Assembly (NCBI GenBank): GCA_018060885.1
Contig: JAGOVF010000001.1
Span: 2,481-66,480, forward strand
Direction of reading: 5' to 3'
DNA from: Oligoflexales bacterium
GTDB taxonomy: Bacteria; Bdellovibrionota_B; Oligoflexia; Oligoflexales; JAGOVF01
DNA length: 64,000 nt
Positions 27,130 through 37,077 of this stretch are shown in pieces. Made by a program: the position numbers and the translations under genes. Each line of letters starts with the position of its first letter. The stretch's first letter is position 1. The notes under the pieces are model-generated. The model worked only from the letters and a program-made list of their open reading frames with translations. It was not told where the DNA came from and did no database searches.

Positions 27130-28392
27130 ATGCAAAACACCGGTTTAAAAAACTTACTCTATATTTTGAAACGCACTAGCAAGTCTTTAGCGTTGATGAT
27201 TTTTCTATTTTTACAAATTTCACCTTCTCTTAGCGCAGAAGAATTACCAGAATTTTTTACTCCTGTTGGCCCCATGGGTATGGGCGGAGCTTTCACTGCG
27301 GTAGCTAATGACGAAAATAGTGTATGGACAAATCCCGCGGGAATCTCTCGTGTACGTAAAGCCCGCGCTCGCAGCAAGCTTCATTTAGCAAAGTTCCCCA
27401 ATCTCATTGCAGGAGCCAACTCGGCTAGCCGCAGTTTTTATTCTGGTGTTCAAAGTTCGCAAAGCACAAGCTCAAGCACAGTTCTTGCCAACTCAGAAGA
27501 ACTCGATACCAAACCCTTTTGGGCGCGTGTTGCCATAGCTCCTATGGCATTTTTCGAACTTGGAAAAAACAATCCAGCCGCTTTTGGAATTTTTATGAAT
27601 ACACAAGCAAGTGCCGTCATCACTGCGGAAGATCCAGAAAGAGCCCAGGTAAAAAGCACCTCTGATCTTGGCGCTATTTTTGGCTGGAGCTTCTCGAACC
27701 AAAGTAATCGTTTTAGTGCTGGATTTAATGTTCGGCCGGTTCATCGTTATGCTTTCGAAGACAATATCGCGACATCGCTATTAACAGACCACACTGAGAT
27801 GACCAAGCTCATGCAAGATGGTTCGAATACCTCCACTGGCCTTGGTGTCGATTTAGGCATGATCTACACGCTTGCAGATTATTGGTTTCCGACTTTTGGA
27901 GTATCATTACTTAATGCACCACTTGCTTGTAAAGATAACTACCTCAATCCCTTCAGCGAAAAACGCGAGACTGTCTGCGGCACTGTCTATTCAGGTTCAT
28001 TTGCCAACGAAGATGCCTTGTCTACAATCGATCCTACTGATATTCGTGCCGGTCTCTCTATCACACCTAGACTTTCGCGAACAATGGCTCTGCGCATTGC
28101 CATCGACATGCATCATATCCACTTTGCATCAGGGACTAGCAACTACGGTTTAAGCGGAGTCGATGCCGGAAAAACTTTGCATGCTGGTTTGGAATTGCTT
28201 TTTGGCAATCCGCTTTTACCAAGTCCATTTAGTTTAAAATTTGGTGCGAATCAGGGTTTTATCACCACCGGAATGACACTAAGAATGCCGTACTTTAGCT
28301 TCGAACTTGTTTCTTACGGTACGGATCTGTCCAGCCAAGCTAAAACGAAAGAAGACCGCCGGATAGTGAGCTCCCTTTCCTTCGATTTCTAA
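27130..28392 (+). CDS. Outer-membrane beta-barrel protein (TraF_2/UPF0164-like)
   Basis: Signal peptide ending ..PSLSA. N-terminal GMGGAFTAVANDENSVWTNPAGIS motif. Alternating beta-strand pattern and a C-terminal aromatic residue (..LSFDF). Confidence 0.65.
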   Translation: MQNTGLKNLLYILKRTSKSLALMIFLFLQISPSLSAEELPEFFTPVGPMGMGGAFTAVANDENSVWTNPAGISRVRKARARSKLHLAKFPNLIAGANSASRSFYSGVQSSQSTSSSTVLANSEELDTKPFWARVAIAPMAFFELGKNNPAAFGIFMNTQASAVITAEDPERAQVKSTSDLGAIFGWSFSNQSNRFSAGFNVRPVHRYAFEDNIATSLLTDHTEMTKLMQDGSNTSTGLGVDLGMIYTLADYWFPTFGVSLLNAPLACKDNYLNPFSEKRETVCGTVYSGSFANEDALSTIDPTDIRAGLSITPRLSRTMALRIAIDMHHIHFASGTSNYGLSGVDAGKTLHAGLELLFGNPLLPSPFSLKFGANQGFITTGMTLRMPYFSFELVSYGTDLSSQAKTKEDRRIVSSLSFDF

Positions 28393-28517
28393 GGGATTGT
28401 CGTAAATCGACGATAACGGCGTTAGGACTCATTCGAAAATCCTCATGTACTTATGAAGTACACTGCGGTTTTCTCATTTCATCCTGCCTTGTTCTCCTCG
28501 ATTTTCAACAATCCCTT
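28391..28517 (+). repeat. Family B structured repeat, copy B1 (79-nt core 28419-28497 between a copy-specific outer stem)
   Basis: The core gcgttaggactcattcgaaaatcctcatgtacttatgaagtacactgcggttttctcatttcatcctgccttgttctcc is about 66/79 identical to 39824-39902. The outer stem aagggattgt (28391-28400) pairs with acaatccctt (28508-28517). The left arm overlaps the stop codon at 28390-28392. Confidence 0.8.
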
Positions 28518-28625
28518 TACTCTGTTCTAATGGATTTGTGCAATAATGGGACTGTTGAAAATTAGTGTCAACTAAGCTAGTTTTCAACGGTCTCTTTATT
28601 ATTTTTCTTGCTGGAGCATTTTGAC

Positions 28626-29705
28626 ATGCGTTTCTCAAAAGTTTGCTATTCTCGCGCCCGCTCACTAGTTCTCCTAAATAGTGCTGCGTTTTTTGTATTA
28701 CATTGCACAAGTACCCAAACAAATCTGCAAAATCAGCCCGCAGATCATTTAAAGTTGGAAAAAAAAGATAAAACTGCTGCAACACCTCTTCAAAAGTCGC
28801 AAGAATCGGCTGTTTTAAGCAAAGGCAAGGCACAAGATCTTTATAGCCGACTTTCTAATTCCATAACAGCCTTAAGCCCAGCAGATCGTGAGATTCGTAA
28901 TAGCTTGAGCTCGCAAAATAATCGCAACACCCTAGACAATGCTGTGCTCTATTTGCTAAACGTGCATTCGATACTGCATCCACTAGGAGGCACTAGCGTC
29001 GTCAATGAAAGCCCACTGGATGACAGTAGCACTCCAATAGCCAGTGCGGGATCTGGCGCTATTAGCTTTGAAGATTTTAGTCAGGATGAAAATTTTGATT
29101 TTGTAAGCAACTTTCGCGACAATCCTTATTTACAGGATAAAGAAAGTATCGCTAAGCTCACTTTAGATGCCGCAGAGCGAGGGCCGAAAGATTCTATAAT
29201 CAGCCAACAATTGCGTGATCTGATTTCTCAACGCGCGGCGAACTGGCTATCTCTGACACAAAAATATCAGCTCGGGCAAAACCAGGCACCAAACGGCGAA
29301 ACACCTCCTGAAGCAGAAGCGAGCACGACACCGAAAGCTCCTCTTGCCATGGGCGATTTACGCGATTCAGATGAAGTCCTCGATATAGCTCAACAGCTCG
29401 CGAATCAGGGGAAACTTAAAGAAGCTAATACCGAGCTCTCAACAATTGGCGAAGATTCACCTCTCTACGAAACTGCCCAGGAAAAAGTAATACAGTACAG
29501 CAACCAAGGCGCTGCGGAACTGCGTCAACAAGCTGCGCAAGCCTTTCAAAGCGCCATGGCGAATTTTAATATGACTTCTAGAAAAGATTATCTTGAACGC
29601 GCAAAGAAACTCTTGCAACAAGCTCTGACTGACTTTCCCCGCACAGAAGATAAAGAGACAATCGAAGCGAATTTGGTGGTTATCGAGAGAGAGCTGAATA
29701 AGTAA
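28626..29705 (+). CDS. Secreted or membrane-anchored hypothetical protein
   Basis: ATG 28626 gives MRFSKVCYSRARSLVLLNSAAFFVLHC... (signal/anchor). The rest is Q/A/S-rich with a helical C-terminus. The track start 28608 is also possible. Confidence 0.6.
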   Translation: MRFSKVCYSRARSLVLLNSAAFFVLHCTSTQTNLQNQPADHLKLEKKDKTAATPLQKSQESAVLSKGKAQDLYSRLSNSITALSPADREIRNSLSSQNNRNTLDNAVLYLLNVHSILHPLGGTSVVNESPLDDSSTPIASAGSGAISFEDFSQDENFDFVSNFRDNPYLQDKESIAKLTLDAAERGPKDSIISQQLRDLISQRAANWLSLTQKYQLGQNQAPNGETPPEAEASTTPKAPLAMGDLRDSDEVLDIAQQLANQGKLKEANTELSTIGEDSPLYETAQEKVIQYSNQGAAELRQQAAQAFQSAMANFNMTSRKDYLERAKKLLQQALTDFPRTEDKETIEANLVVIERELNK

Positions 29706-29733
29706 AAGTAAATTGGCATAAATTCTATTTGAT

Positions 29734-29765
29734 AAAAAAAAGCCGAGTATAAACTCGGCTTTTAT
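29734..29765. terminator. Bidirectional rho-independent terminator between convergent genes
   Basis: aaaaaaa-AGCCGAGT-ataa-ACTCGGCT-tttat. An 8-bp GC-containing stem is flanked by an A-run and a T-run. Confidence 0.8.
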
Positions 29766-29785
29766 AAATTAAATTGAATCTTATA

Positions 29786-30460
29786 TTAGAAATTAAATCT
29801 TAGAGTAGCTAAATTTAAATTCAAAGATGTCTCAGTGACATCCGACTCAGCACCAGTTATTTTTTTTTCTGTTGTAGTAGTACTGTAACCAAGTCCTACA
29901 CCATAGTGCAAATTTTTTGCAATTGGCATAAAAGCAGTTGCGGCGAAAAATATTTCCATAGAAGTCGCATCTGAAGTATCTACGCTATTAGTGCTCGCTT
30001 TTTCCGTTCCCATGTTGATACCAAAGTCTAACTCTACATTTGCTGGTCCTAGATTGTTCAAATAATATTTAAGGTAAGGACCATAGGAATTCGTAGTAGA
30101 ATCAGAATCAGTAGTATTGTCTTCATTATCATTATCAGTTGAATTTAAAGAAATGTTCAAACCTACTTCTAGCTCAGGCATTACATAATACCCAACACCA
30201 AAGGGCACACTGGAATCCGTTGGATAAACATAAAATGCCATATTTTCAGTCGTTGCAGAAATACGCAAAGAATTGCCCATTGTTGCCATTTCAGTCGACT
30301 TATCAGTTGTAGTAGCTCCGACTTTTGGCTTGTCTTTAGTAGTCATAGACTTATGGCTTAATACCCCTTGCTGAATTTGAAAAGCTGGCTCTAAAGAAAA
30401 TGCTTGAGAAGCAGAGAACAAAAACGACCCCAACACAACCGAACGTACAAGTAAACGCAT
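29786..30460 (-). CDS. Small outer-membrane beta-barrel protein
   Basis: ATG 30458-30460 gives MRLLVRSVVLGSFLFSASQAFS (signal peptide). The C-terminus is ..LATLRFNF. The track's 5' extension to 30610 overlaps the next gene and lacks signal logic. Confidence 0.7.
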   Translation of the reverse strand: MRLLVRSVVLGSFLFSASQAFSLEPAFQIQQGVLSHKSMTTKDKPKVGATTTDKSTEMATMGNSLRISATTENMAFYVYPTDSSVPFGVGYYVMPELEVGLNISLNSTDNDNEDNTTDSDSTTNSYGPYLKYYLNNLGPANVELDFGINMGTEKASTNSVDTSDATSMEIFFAATAFMPIAKNLHYGVGLGYSTTTTEKKITGAESDVTETSLNLNLATLRFNF

Positions 30461-30539
30461 ACAGATCCCCTTCTTCAATTTAAAAAAACAACACCATATC
30501 GTAAACAGAAACACTATAAAATGACAATACTTTTCGGCA

Positions 30540-31076
30540 TTAATTTTTTTTTGAAAATTCTTTGAGGCTGAGAAACATCTTTTGTAAGTATTCGCGCGTG
30601 GCTTGATCAATTAATTTTCCTTGAGCGTCAAACTTCTGTAACGCTTCTCCAATCATCACTTCAGGCTTATTCATGATGCGCAAATCTAAAAAAACTCCGA
30701 TTTGTCGCAAATGGTATTGAGCACGAGCTGTTCCGATTTTTCCAGGCGACGCACCTAAGATTGCGGTCGGCTTTCCGGCAAAAGCTAGCGAAGGATGTCG
30801 AGAAACCCAGTCAATAGCATTTTTTAAAACACCAGGCACTGAATAATTGTATTCAGGTGTAGCAATAATCAAAGCGTCTGCTGCTTTTATTTGCTGCGTT
30901 AGCTTTTCCACTGCGGAGGGAAATTCTTTTTCATGATCGGGATCGTAGATTGGTATGGGTCGTAGATCAGCAATAATAAATTCATCGTCTGCGCTCTTCA
31001 GCTCTTCTAAAACCTTTAAAACAGCCATATTCATCGATGCACGACGCAAACTTCCGCAGAGAGCTAAAATTTTCAA
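30540..31076 (-). CDS. NADPH-dependent FMN reductase family protein
   Basis: MKILALCGSLRRASMN... and ..ATPEYNYSVPGVLKNAIDWVSR are typical of the FMN_red family. Confidence 0.85.
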   Translation of the reverse strand: MKILALCGSLRRASMNMAVLKVLEELKSADDEFIIADLRPIPIYDPDHEKEFPSAVEKLTQQIKAADALIIATPEYNYSVPGVLKNAIDWVSRHPSLAFAGKPTAILGASPGKIGTARAQYHLRQIGVFLDLRIMNKPEVMIGEALQKFDAQGKLIDQATREYLQKMFLSLKEFSKKN

Positions 31077-31846
31077 TTGTCAACCGCCTTTAAGAGCATA
31101 GGAACTTCAATCGCTAGGATTTTTGTAATTGTAGCAGAAGTATCTTTATTAATTACAGTGGAAGCGCTTATCGCAAAGCTATTCCCGCTTTCAAAAGCAA
31201 TGGCATCTCGATAGGAAAGCTTTTCGCTTTCTATCTGTACTTCTCCGTTTATAACGAAAAAATAAACGCCGCTGTTGTTAGGAAATTGAGTTAACTTTTT
31301 TTCATAAGAAATTTTTTCACCAGCCTTAAGCTGCACAACTGAAAAATAAGCATCCTGGTTAATACTCAAACTTCCATCTACGCCTTCTGGCGAAACAAGC
31401 ATTTGAAAACCGCTTTTGTTTTCTAATTCTTTAAAACTTTTTTGCTCATAGGAAGGTGTGATGTTCAAACACTTCGGCAAGACCCAAATCTGCAAAAGCT
31501 GTGCAGCTTCGTCTTTTGAATGGTTGTACTCTGAGTGCTGAATACCCGTCCCAGCCGACATCCTTTGAACTTCTCCGGCACGGATTTCAGCTCGGTTTCC
31601 CATGCTGTCTTCGTGCGTCAAAGTGCCAGCAAGCATGACTGTAACAATTTCCATATTTGCATGTGGGTGGGTGCCAAAACCACTGCTAGGCTTTATATCA
31701 TCGTCATTGATCACTCTGAGACAACCAAAACCCATACGAGCAGGATTATAGTAAGAGCCAAAGCTAAAACTATGCCAGCTACGCAACCAGCCCATGTTCA
31801 CTTCACCGCGACTATGTGCTTTATGTATCGAAAATGAATGCGGCAT
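31073..31846 (-). CDS. Pirin family protein (YhhW-like)
   Basis: Cupin metal-site motif FGTHPHANMEIVT..L.G...HEDS, and MSAGTGIQHSEYN. Confidence 0.85.
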   Translation of the reverse strand: MPHSFSIHKAHSRGEVNMGWLRSWHSFSFGSYYNPARMGFGCLRVINDDDIKPSSGFGTHPHANMEIVTVMLAGTLTHEDSMGNRAEIRAGEVQRMSAGTGIQHSEYNHSKDEAAQLLQIWVLPKCLNITPSYEQKSFKELENKSGFQMLVSPEGVDGSLSINQDAYFSVVQLKAGEKISYEKKLTQFPNNSGVYFFVINGEVQIESEKLSYRDAIAFESGNSFAISASTVINKDTSATITKILAIEVPMLLKAVDN

Positions 31847-32316
31847 TAAAAAGACAAATCCTGAATGTCAGAATCATAATCGAGCTTGTGCGAGTATCTT
31901 GAACGAATCAAGTTAATAGGCTCGCCGTAAGTCAAATTTAGTTCTGGTTGGACATTTTCTTGGCCAATGAGTTTTTTAAGAACCACGATCGCATCTTCAG
32001 GTATACGAAAAATGCTATTTTCGGCTCTATAGTCATAAGAACAAATCAACTGTTTTGCTCTTTCCATCACGCCCGCAAATAAAAAAGGAATGGGCATACG
32101 TTTTCTGAGTTGCACCAATTCTTCGACCATTGATGGGCAAAGCTCTTTTTCATCTTGGAAATCTAAAATGATGTATTTTTGTTCAGAAGCAACCAGCCAA
32201 TTATGTATACCGATAACCAATTCACGGCAATCTTCACACTCAGCACCTAAACCACAAGAACCGCTTATATTACAAACGATCGCATCATCAACATTTTCTG
32301 GAATAATTTCTAACAT
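31846..32316 (-). CDS. Hypothetical protein (weak STAS/anti-sigma-antagonist-like pattern)
   Basis: 156-aa ORF with a good RBS (AAGGGG about 9 nt upstream). Its stop abuts the pirin start. The fold suggestion is only pattern-level. Confidence 0.5.
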   Translation of the reverse strand: MLEIIPENVDDAIVCNISGSCGLGAECEDCRELVIGIHNWLVASEQKYIILDFQDEKELCPSMVEELVQLRKRMPIPFLFAGVMERAKQLICSYDYRAENSIFRIPEDAIVVLKKLIGQENVQPELNLTYGEPINLIRSRYSHKLDYDSDIQDLSF

Positions 32317-32499
32317 ATTTTATTTCCCCTTACTTTCCTTCATCTCTTCTTTCGCCGCTCTGCTTTCCTGAATCTGCTTTATCAGATAAACACTCGAACC
32401 ATGCGGCTCCGGCTTGATACCTGAAAAGGCAATTTCCGTCAAGTTATTGCTGCATAAATTATCGTTATTTCAACATAATCCATGATTTACCTAATTAAC

Positions 32500-33069
32500 T
32501 TAACTATCTTTACCATCGGCTGCTGCCTGCGCTCCAAAGCGACAGACTCGATCAACCCACTCAACAACGAGCTTGCGCTTAACCACTTGCATATCTGTCA
32601 CTTCAAGTTGTTGACGTAAAATCGGCAAGAATTCGACCAATATTTTTCGCGCATCTTGCTCATCGGCAACAAAATATTCAAGACGGCGCAGTTGCAAGGG
32701 TAAACGATTTTGCTGGAGAAAACTTAACAAACGTTGATCTTCGCTTTTATGCAAAACTTGGCTGCGAAGGAGCTCTTCTGCATCAACCATCGTATGCACA
32801 TCTAATTGCAAAACCCAATTTTTCGCTTCACCCAACTCTATCGGACGCAGAAGATCATTTCTGTTTTTTTCTAAATCGGCATCCCACTTTATTTTTTCGG
32901 CTTCTCGACTGCGTAAGCTAAATTTAATTTCAACCTGCCAGACTAACCCATCTTTATCCCGTAAATGATGATAGTCATTGTGTTTCATCCACTCACTAAC
33001 TTTTTCAATTGCTGAACGCAAAGATGCGACGACCGGGCGACTTAATTTTGTTTGTTTTTGTTCTAACAT
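32500..33069 (-). CDS. Hypothetical protein
   Basis: 189-aa ORF with no motif I recognise. Confidence 0.5.
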   Translation of the reverse strand: MLEQKQTKLSRPVVASLRSAIEKVSEWMKHNDYHHLRDKDGLVWQVEIKFSLRSREAEKIKWDADLEKNRNDLLRPIELGEAKNWVLQLDVHTMVDAEELLRSQVLHKSEDQRLLSFLQQNRLPLQLRRLEYFVADEQDARKILVEFLPILRQQLEVTDMQVVKRKLVVEWVDRVCRFGAQAAADGKDS

Positions 33070-33229
33070 ATATCACGCCCTCCCTTGCTTAAAAATACGT
33101 CCCTGGCCTGAAATAGAACTCGCTCTTTGTCTTGCACAAGACTGCTAAGTTTTCTAAGCTGCAATATAAGGAATTTCGCTAATGATACTCCGGAGCCAAA
33201 GAATTCACCAGGTTTTTTTAAGCAAAAAG

Positions 33230-33835
33230 ATGTATTTTTGCCTGCTTCTATCATTCGTCTCGATTGCAGCGTGCTCATACAGATTCACTAACTATTATAG
33301 CCAAATTCCTGGAAATGCGCGGAGTATTGCCTTTGAATCTATTTACGATATTTCGCGCAATGTGATAGCGCACGAACTTATCTGGCATGAATTACAGAAA
33401 AAATTCGCCGAAAATGGGCGCCTTATAATCACTAGTAAAAAACAAGCGGATTTATTGCTCAGAGCTCAGTTATCTGAATCTGCAACCTTCCAATTTGGAC
33501 GGCAACAAAGCATAAATGAACAAAAAGACCCTTCAGATATTTTTGCCAGTCCAGAAACAGTTACACCGCACCAACTCAGAGACTTATCTCGTGCTTGGAA
33601 TTTGGCGTCGCAAGAACAAACTATTTTAAAAGTGGATATAGAAATTTGGGATTTGCGAAGTAAAAATATTATCTACTCAAACAGCTTTAAGCGCACCCAC
33701 AGCTACAGAATTCCTCAGGTTAAAAATAAAGCTATAGTGCATTTGCGCTCGGAAGAAGTTAAAGACGATGCAATCATACGCATTGCAAATGACATAGCAG
33801 ATCACGTTATCCGCGGCTTTATCCACAAAATTTAG
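33230..33835 (+). CDS. LptE-like lipoprotein
   Basis: ATG 33230 gives MYFCLLLSFVSIAAC-SYRF (lipobox IAAC). The spacing of hydrophobic segments and ..KKQADLLLRAQL.. resemble LptE. The gene is convergent with lptD and overlaps its stop. Confidence 0.45.
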   Translation: MYFCLLLSFVSIAACSYRFTNYYSQIPGNARSIAFESIYDISRNVIAHELIWHELQKKFAENGRLIITSKKQADLLLRAQLSESATFQFGRQQSINEQKDPSDIFASPETVTPHQLRDLSRAWNLASQEQTILKVDIEIWDLRSKNIIYSNSFKRTHSYRIPQVKNKAIVHLRSEEVKDDAIIRIANDIADHVIRGFIHKI

Positions 33836-36800
33836 TCGTATTGCTCTTCTGCATTTGGAATGCGGCGCGCATAGGTTCTGGGAGTCGCATCCTTTGCAAT
33901 ACTGCGGCCCATAAAGTCGACTCGCAGCCGCACATAGTAGCGGGGCTGACGGCCATATTCATAATGTAAGCTTTCTGTGCGTTCAAATTCGAGACCCCAG
34001 CACTTCGATGGGTTGCTATAAGCTAATTTAAATCCAGTGTCATTTATTTGGCCAGCATCGCTTATTTTTCTATTTGCTTTTATTTCTGCGTAATAATTGT
34101 CGAAGTAAGTAGAGCCGAGTATTCCTCCGAAATCACGGGTTTGCCGAAATCCAGAAACTTTACTACGTTCGGTTATTCTTTCCTTATTAATGCGGTAATT
34201 CAATCCGAAGGTGCTCGAAAAAATGGGGGGTAAATTAAGGCCAAACTCGGTGTATTCGGTAAATTTATCTGAAATATTATAACTGACGCTATTTTTTAGA
34301 CGCCATGACTCAAAAATCATCCAACCCTCACTTAAAAAATTGCTCCATGGAAAATTTTTTTCCACTGCATCTGAATCGTTAAGCTTTTCAGCCTCTCGTC
34401 TCTGCTGCTCCTTATAATAATCGTAGCTAATATCAAATTGTAAATCTGCAAATTGCGACGACCTACCTTCAATAAAGGAATAAGTTGTGTAACTTTCTTT
34501 GCCAGAGCCTGAAAAAATATTAGTATCTTTTACCGCCTCGTCATTAAGAAGCAAAAGCTCGCGCATCACCCGATCACTATCAATTTCTTGCAGACTGTCT
34601 GCGTCTTCCATTTTTTCAGATTTTGCTTCTTCCTTATTAGCCGCATCCATGTTTACGTTTTCATTTTGCACTTTTGCAGTGGCAAGTTTTGTATTCCAGC
34701 TTCCTTGAGCAGTTCCCCAAGTCTGCTTAATGCGAAACATGGCAAGCTGCTGAGGATCCACAAGGTCTTTGGAAAAATAGGCAAATTCTCCATCATCTTG
34801 GCTTAACTGATCATACGCCCCCTCCTTCACGACACTCGGACGCCAACTTAAATCTAAAATAAAATCAACAGTATGATTTAAATATCGTTGTGCGTTTAGC
34901 CCTTCCACAGAAGGATCGTCAATATTAGATTCATTTTTTTGAATTTCAATTTTGCCATCGATGGGCAAACTAAAACGAAATCCATTATTCCAGGTGTTTA
35001 TTGTCGAAACACCGCCATCGTCTTTAAAGCGAACTTGGCGCGCCTCAAGATTTGCAAAATAATTCATCACAAAAAAACTATCTGTAATTAGTGGCGAGAT
35101 AAAACCCATATTGTAGTTTTGCCAACTACCTTCACCAGGTCGCTGCGGCAATTCAACATCAGCTTGTAGCAAATCTGGAACTATGTTGCCTTCGAAATCA
35201 TGGATTCGAATTTGAGAAAAACCGGCCTTGCCATAAATTTTAAAAATTTCTTGACCTGGAAATAGATCAAAATAACGCGTTTCAATTTTCAACTGGGCTG
35301 GAATTTGCTGCCCTTCAAAACGCTTTTCTAAATTGAATGAATCTGAAAAACTATTGCCCAATCCTGCATAGAAATTAGGATTGTCAAAATGCAACTGCAA
35401 TTTTGTTTTGCTATATGTTTGCGCTAATTCATCGCTACCAAACAGCAAATCAGTAAATTGAGATTTGTTTAAAATCTGAGCTTCATTTTCAAGATAGAGG
35501 TCTTGTGGAACGCGATGGTCTGATAACAATTCACCCTGACTCACAATTGAAAAGCGCGGTGTTAAGAAAGTCTGGCCACGCCAGTGCGCAGCCGAACGCA
35601 TATTATTATCTGGAGTTTTTAATAAGTTGCGAATGGTTTCCTTACAATACTCAAGATTTTCGCCTCCTGGTTCGAGACAAAGCTGCGCTGTCGCTGAGGC
35701 CTCTTTACCCCAAAACTGCTCCATATTTCTCGATTGCCAATAATCACTTTGTTTTAACCGTTCACGAAAATAATCTTTGCCTTGTAACCCTTCCAGACTA
35801 GGAGCCGGAGATCCTGAATCTATTTCTCCTTGGCTTGCATCTAGTCCATTTAAGAAATAAGTACTAAGTTCGTCTCGATCCGCACGGTCCTCAATCCACT
35901 TTTTGTCGCGAATGCCTTGCAAATTTAATAGCCAACCTGAATTCGAAGCTTGCTCAATGCGAAATTCTCCACCCAACTTGAAACCACGCTTTTGAAAAAA
36001 ATCGAATTTAAACGTTGCATCATAGTGTTCATCCAAAGCTAAAAAAACCGGCTGTGAAAAAATCGCGCCCGATTCAGAATCATCGCTCAGATAAGGCAGC
36101 AAAAAACCAGACTGGCGCTCGGACTTAAGGGGGATTTTTAGATAAGGGATATAGAGTATTGGCACACCTTTGACTTCAAGAAGCGAATGTTTCATAGTTA
36201 TGTAGCCTCCTGTTTGCGCAAAGGCAGAGCGAGAGCGAAAAGCCCAAGCCGGAGCTTCGTCTTCCTCACAAAAACAGGGCGTCCATAGCGCATCGTTTGC
36301 AGTATAGTCGTTATCATTCACCCGAATAAGTTCGCTTCCAGATAGCGTAAAATAAAAACTCGCTGATACCGGACTTGCGCCTATTAACGCCAATTTTTTC
36401 TGACGCTGCTCCGTCCAGAACTTACGCCGACTTTCAATACGAGCTCCCTTCAGAGCTTTTTGTTGTTCTGTATGGGGATTCTTTCTTGCTTTAATAATCT
36501 GCTCTTGCTCCAGCAATACCCGAAATCGCTCAGTCAATTCCATACTAGGAAGTTCGCTTTCTTTAACTTCTATTATTGCCTGTTTTTGTAACTGGGCTTT
36601 TTCTTTTTGAATGCGTGTCAATGCTTCGCTGCGAGACTTCTCAAACTCCAACTCTTGAATTGAAAATCCCAGCAGTCTGTCAATATGTTGAGATGATTTT
36701 TTAAGATCGTTTAGTATCATCATGGCATCTTTCAGAACAAAGTCGCCACTACTAAAATTATAAACAACATCAGTTCCGGAATAGACATAAGCGCCGCTAA

Positions 36801-37077
36801 CCAGCAGAACATGGCCGTTCGCATGCAGTTCTTTTCTAGCATTGTCGACAGCTATTTCATCCGCAGAGATTATTATTGATGGACCGATTGCAACGACGTC
36901 GCCTTTAAAACTTTGTTTTTGACCTTCTCGATCGAGTAGAGTCGAATTCGCATCGATAAATAAATCGCCTGCCCCCTGGAAAGCAAATGCTGAGGTACAC
37001 AAAATTAACTGGCTGTAAACCAAAACTCTAGGTAAGAAATTCGCCATTTTTTTCAAAATAAACAAGCGTTTCACCAA
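33832..37077 (-). CDS. lptD: LPS-assembly outer-membrane protein LptD (unusually long form)
   Basis: N-terminal OstA-like beta-jellyroll (..GDVVAIGPSIIISADEIAVDNARKELHANGHVLLVSG..) and a long C-terminal beta-barrel region. An alternative start is ATG 37047 (MANFLPRVLV...). Confidence 0.8.
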   Translation of the reverse strand: MVKRLFILKKMANFLPRVLVYSQLILCTSAFAFQGAGDLFIDANSTLLDREGQKQSFKGDVVAIGPSIIISADEIAVDNARKELHANGHVLLVSGAYVYSGTDVVYNFSSGDFVLKDAMMILNDLKKSSQHIDRLLGFSIQELEFEKSRSEALTRIQKEKAQLQKQAIIEVKESELPSMELTERFRVLLEQEQIIKARKNPHTEQQKALKGARIESRRKFWTEQRQKKLALIGASPVSASFYFTLSGSELIRVNDNDYTANDALWTPCFCEEDEAPAWAFRSRSAFAQTGGYITMKHSLLEVKGVPILYIPYLKIPLKSERQSGFLLPYLSDDSESGAIFSQPVFLALDEHYDATFKFDFFQKRGFKLGGEFRIEQASNSGWLLNLQGIRDKKWIEDRADRDELSTYFLNGLDASQGEIDSGSPAPSLEGLQGKDYFRERLKQSDYWQSRNMEQFWGKEASATAQLCLEPGGENLEYCKETIRNLLKTPDNNMRSAAHWRGQTFLTPRFSIVSQGELLSDHRVPQDLYLENEAQILNKSQFTDLLFGSDELAQTYSKTKLQLHFDNPNFYAGLGNSFSDSFNLEKRFEGQQIPAQLKIETRYFDLFPGQEIFKIYGKAGFSQIRIHDFEGNIVPDLLQADVELPQRPGEGSWQNYNMGFISPLITDSFFVMNYFANLEARQVRFKDDGGVSTINTWNNGFRFSLPIDGKIEIQKNESNIDDPSVEGLNAQRYLNHTVDFILDLSWRPSVVKEGAYDQLSQDDGEFAYFSKDLVDPQQLAMFRIKQTWGTAQGSWNTKLATAKVQNENVNMDAANKEEAKSEKMEDADSLQEIDSDRVMRELLLLNDEAVKDTNIFSGSGKESYTTYSFIEGRSSQFADLQFDISYDYYKEQQRREAEKLNDSDAVEKNFPWSNFLSEGWMIFESWRLKNSVSYNISDKFTEYTEFGLNLPPIFSSTFGLNYRINKERITERSKVSGFRQTRDFGGILGSTYFDNYYAEIKANRKISDAGQINDTGFKLAYSNPSKCWGLEFERTESLHYEYGRQPRYYVRLRVDFMGRSIAKDATPRTYARRIPNAEEQYD

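Noticed and set aside
27818-27840. tRNA-like word GGTTCGAATACCTCCA
   Set aside because: It lies inside the OM beta-barrel CDS. No acceptor, D or anticodon arms can be built around it. I found no tRNA or rRNA anywhere in the window.
28474-28833. 119-aa minus-strand ORF
   Set aside because: It runs through repeat B1 and the 5' end of the better-supported plus-strand gene 28626..29705.
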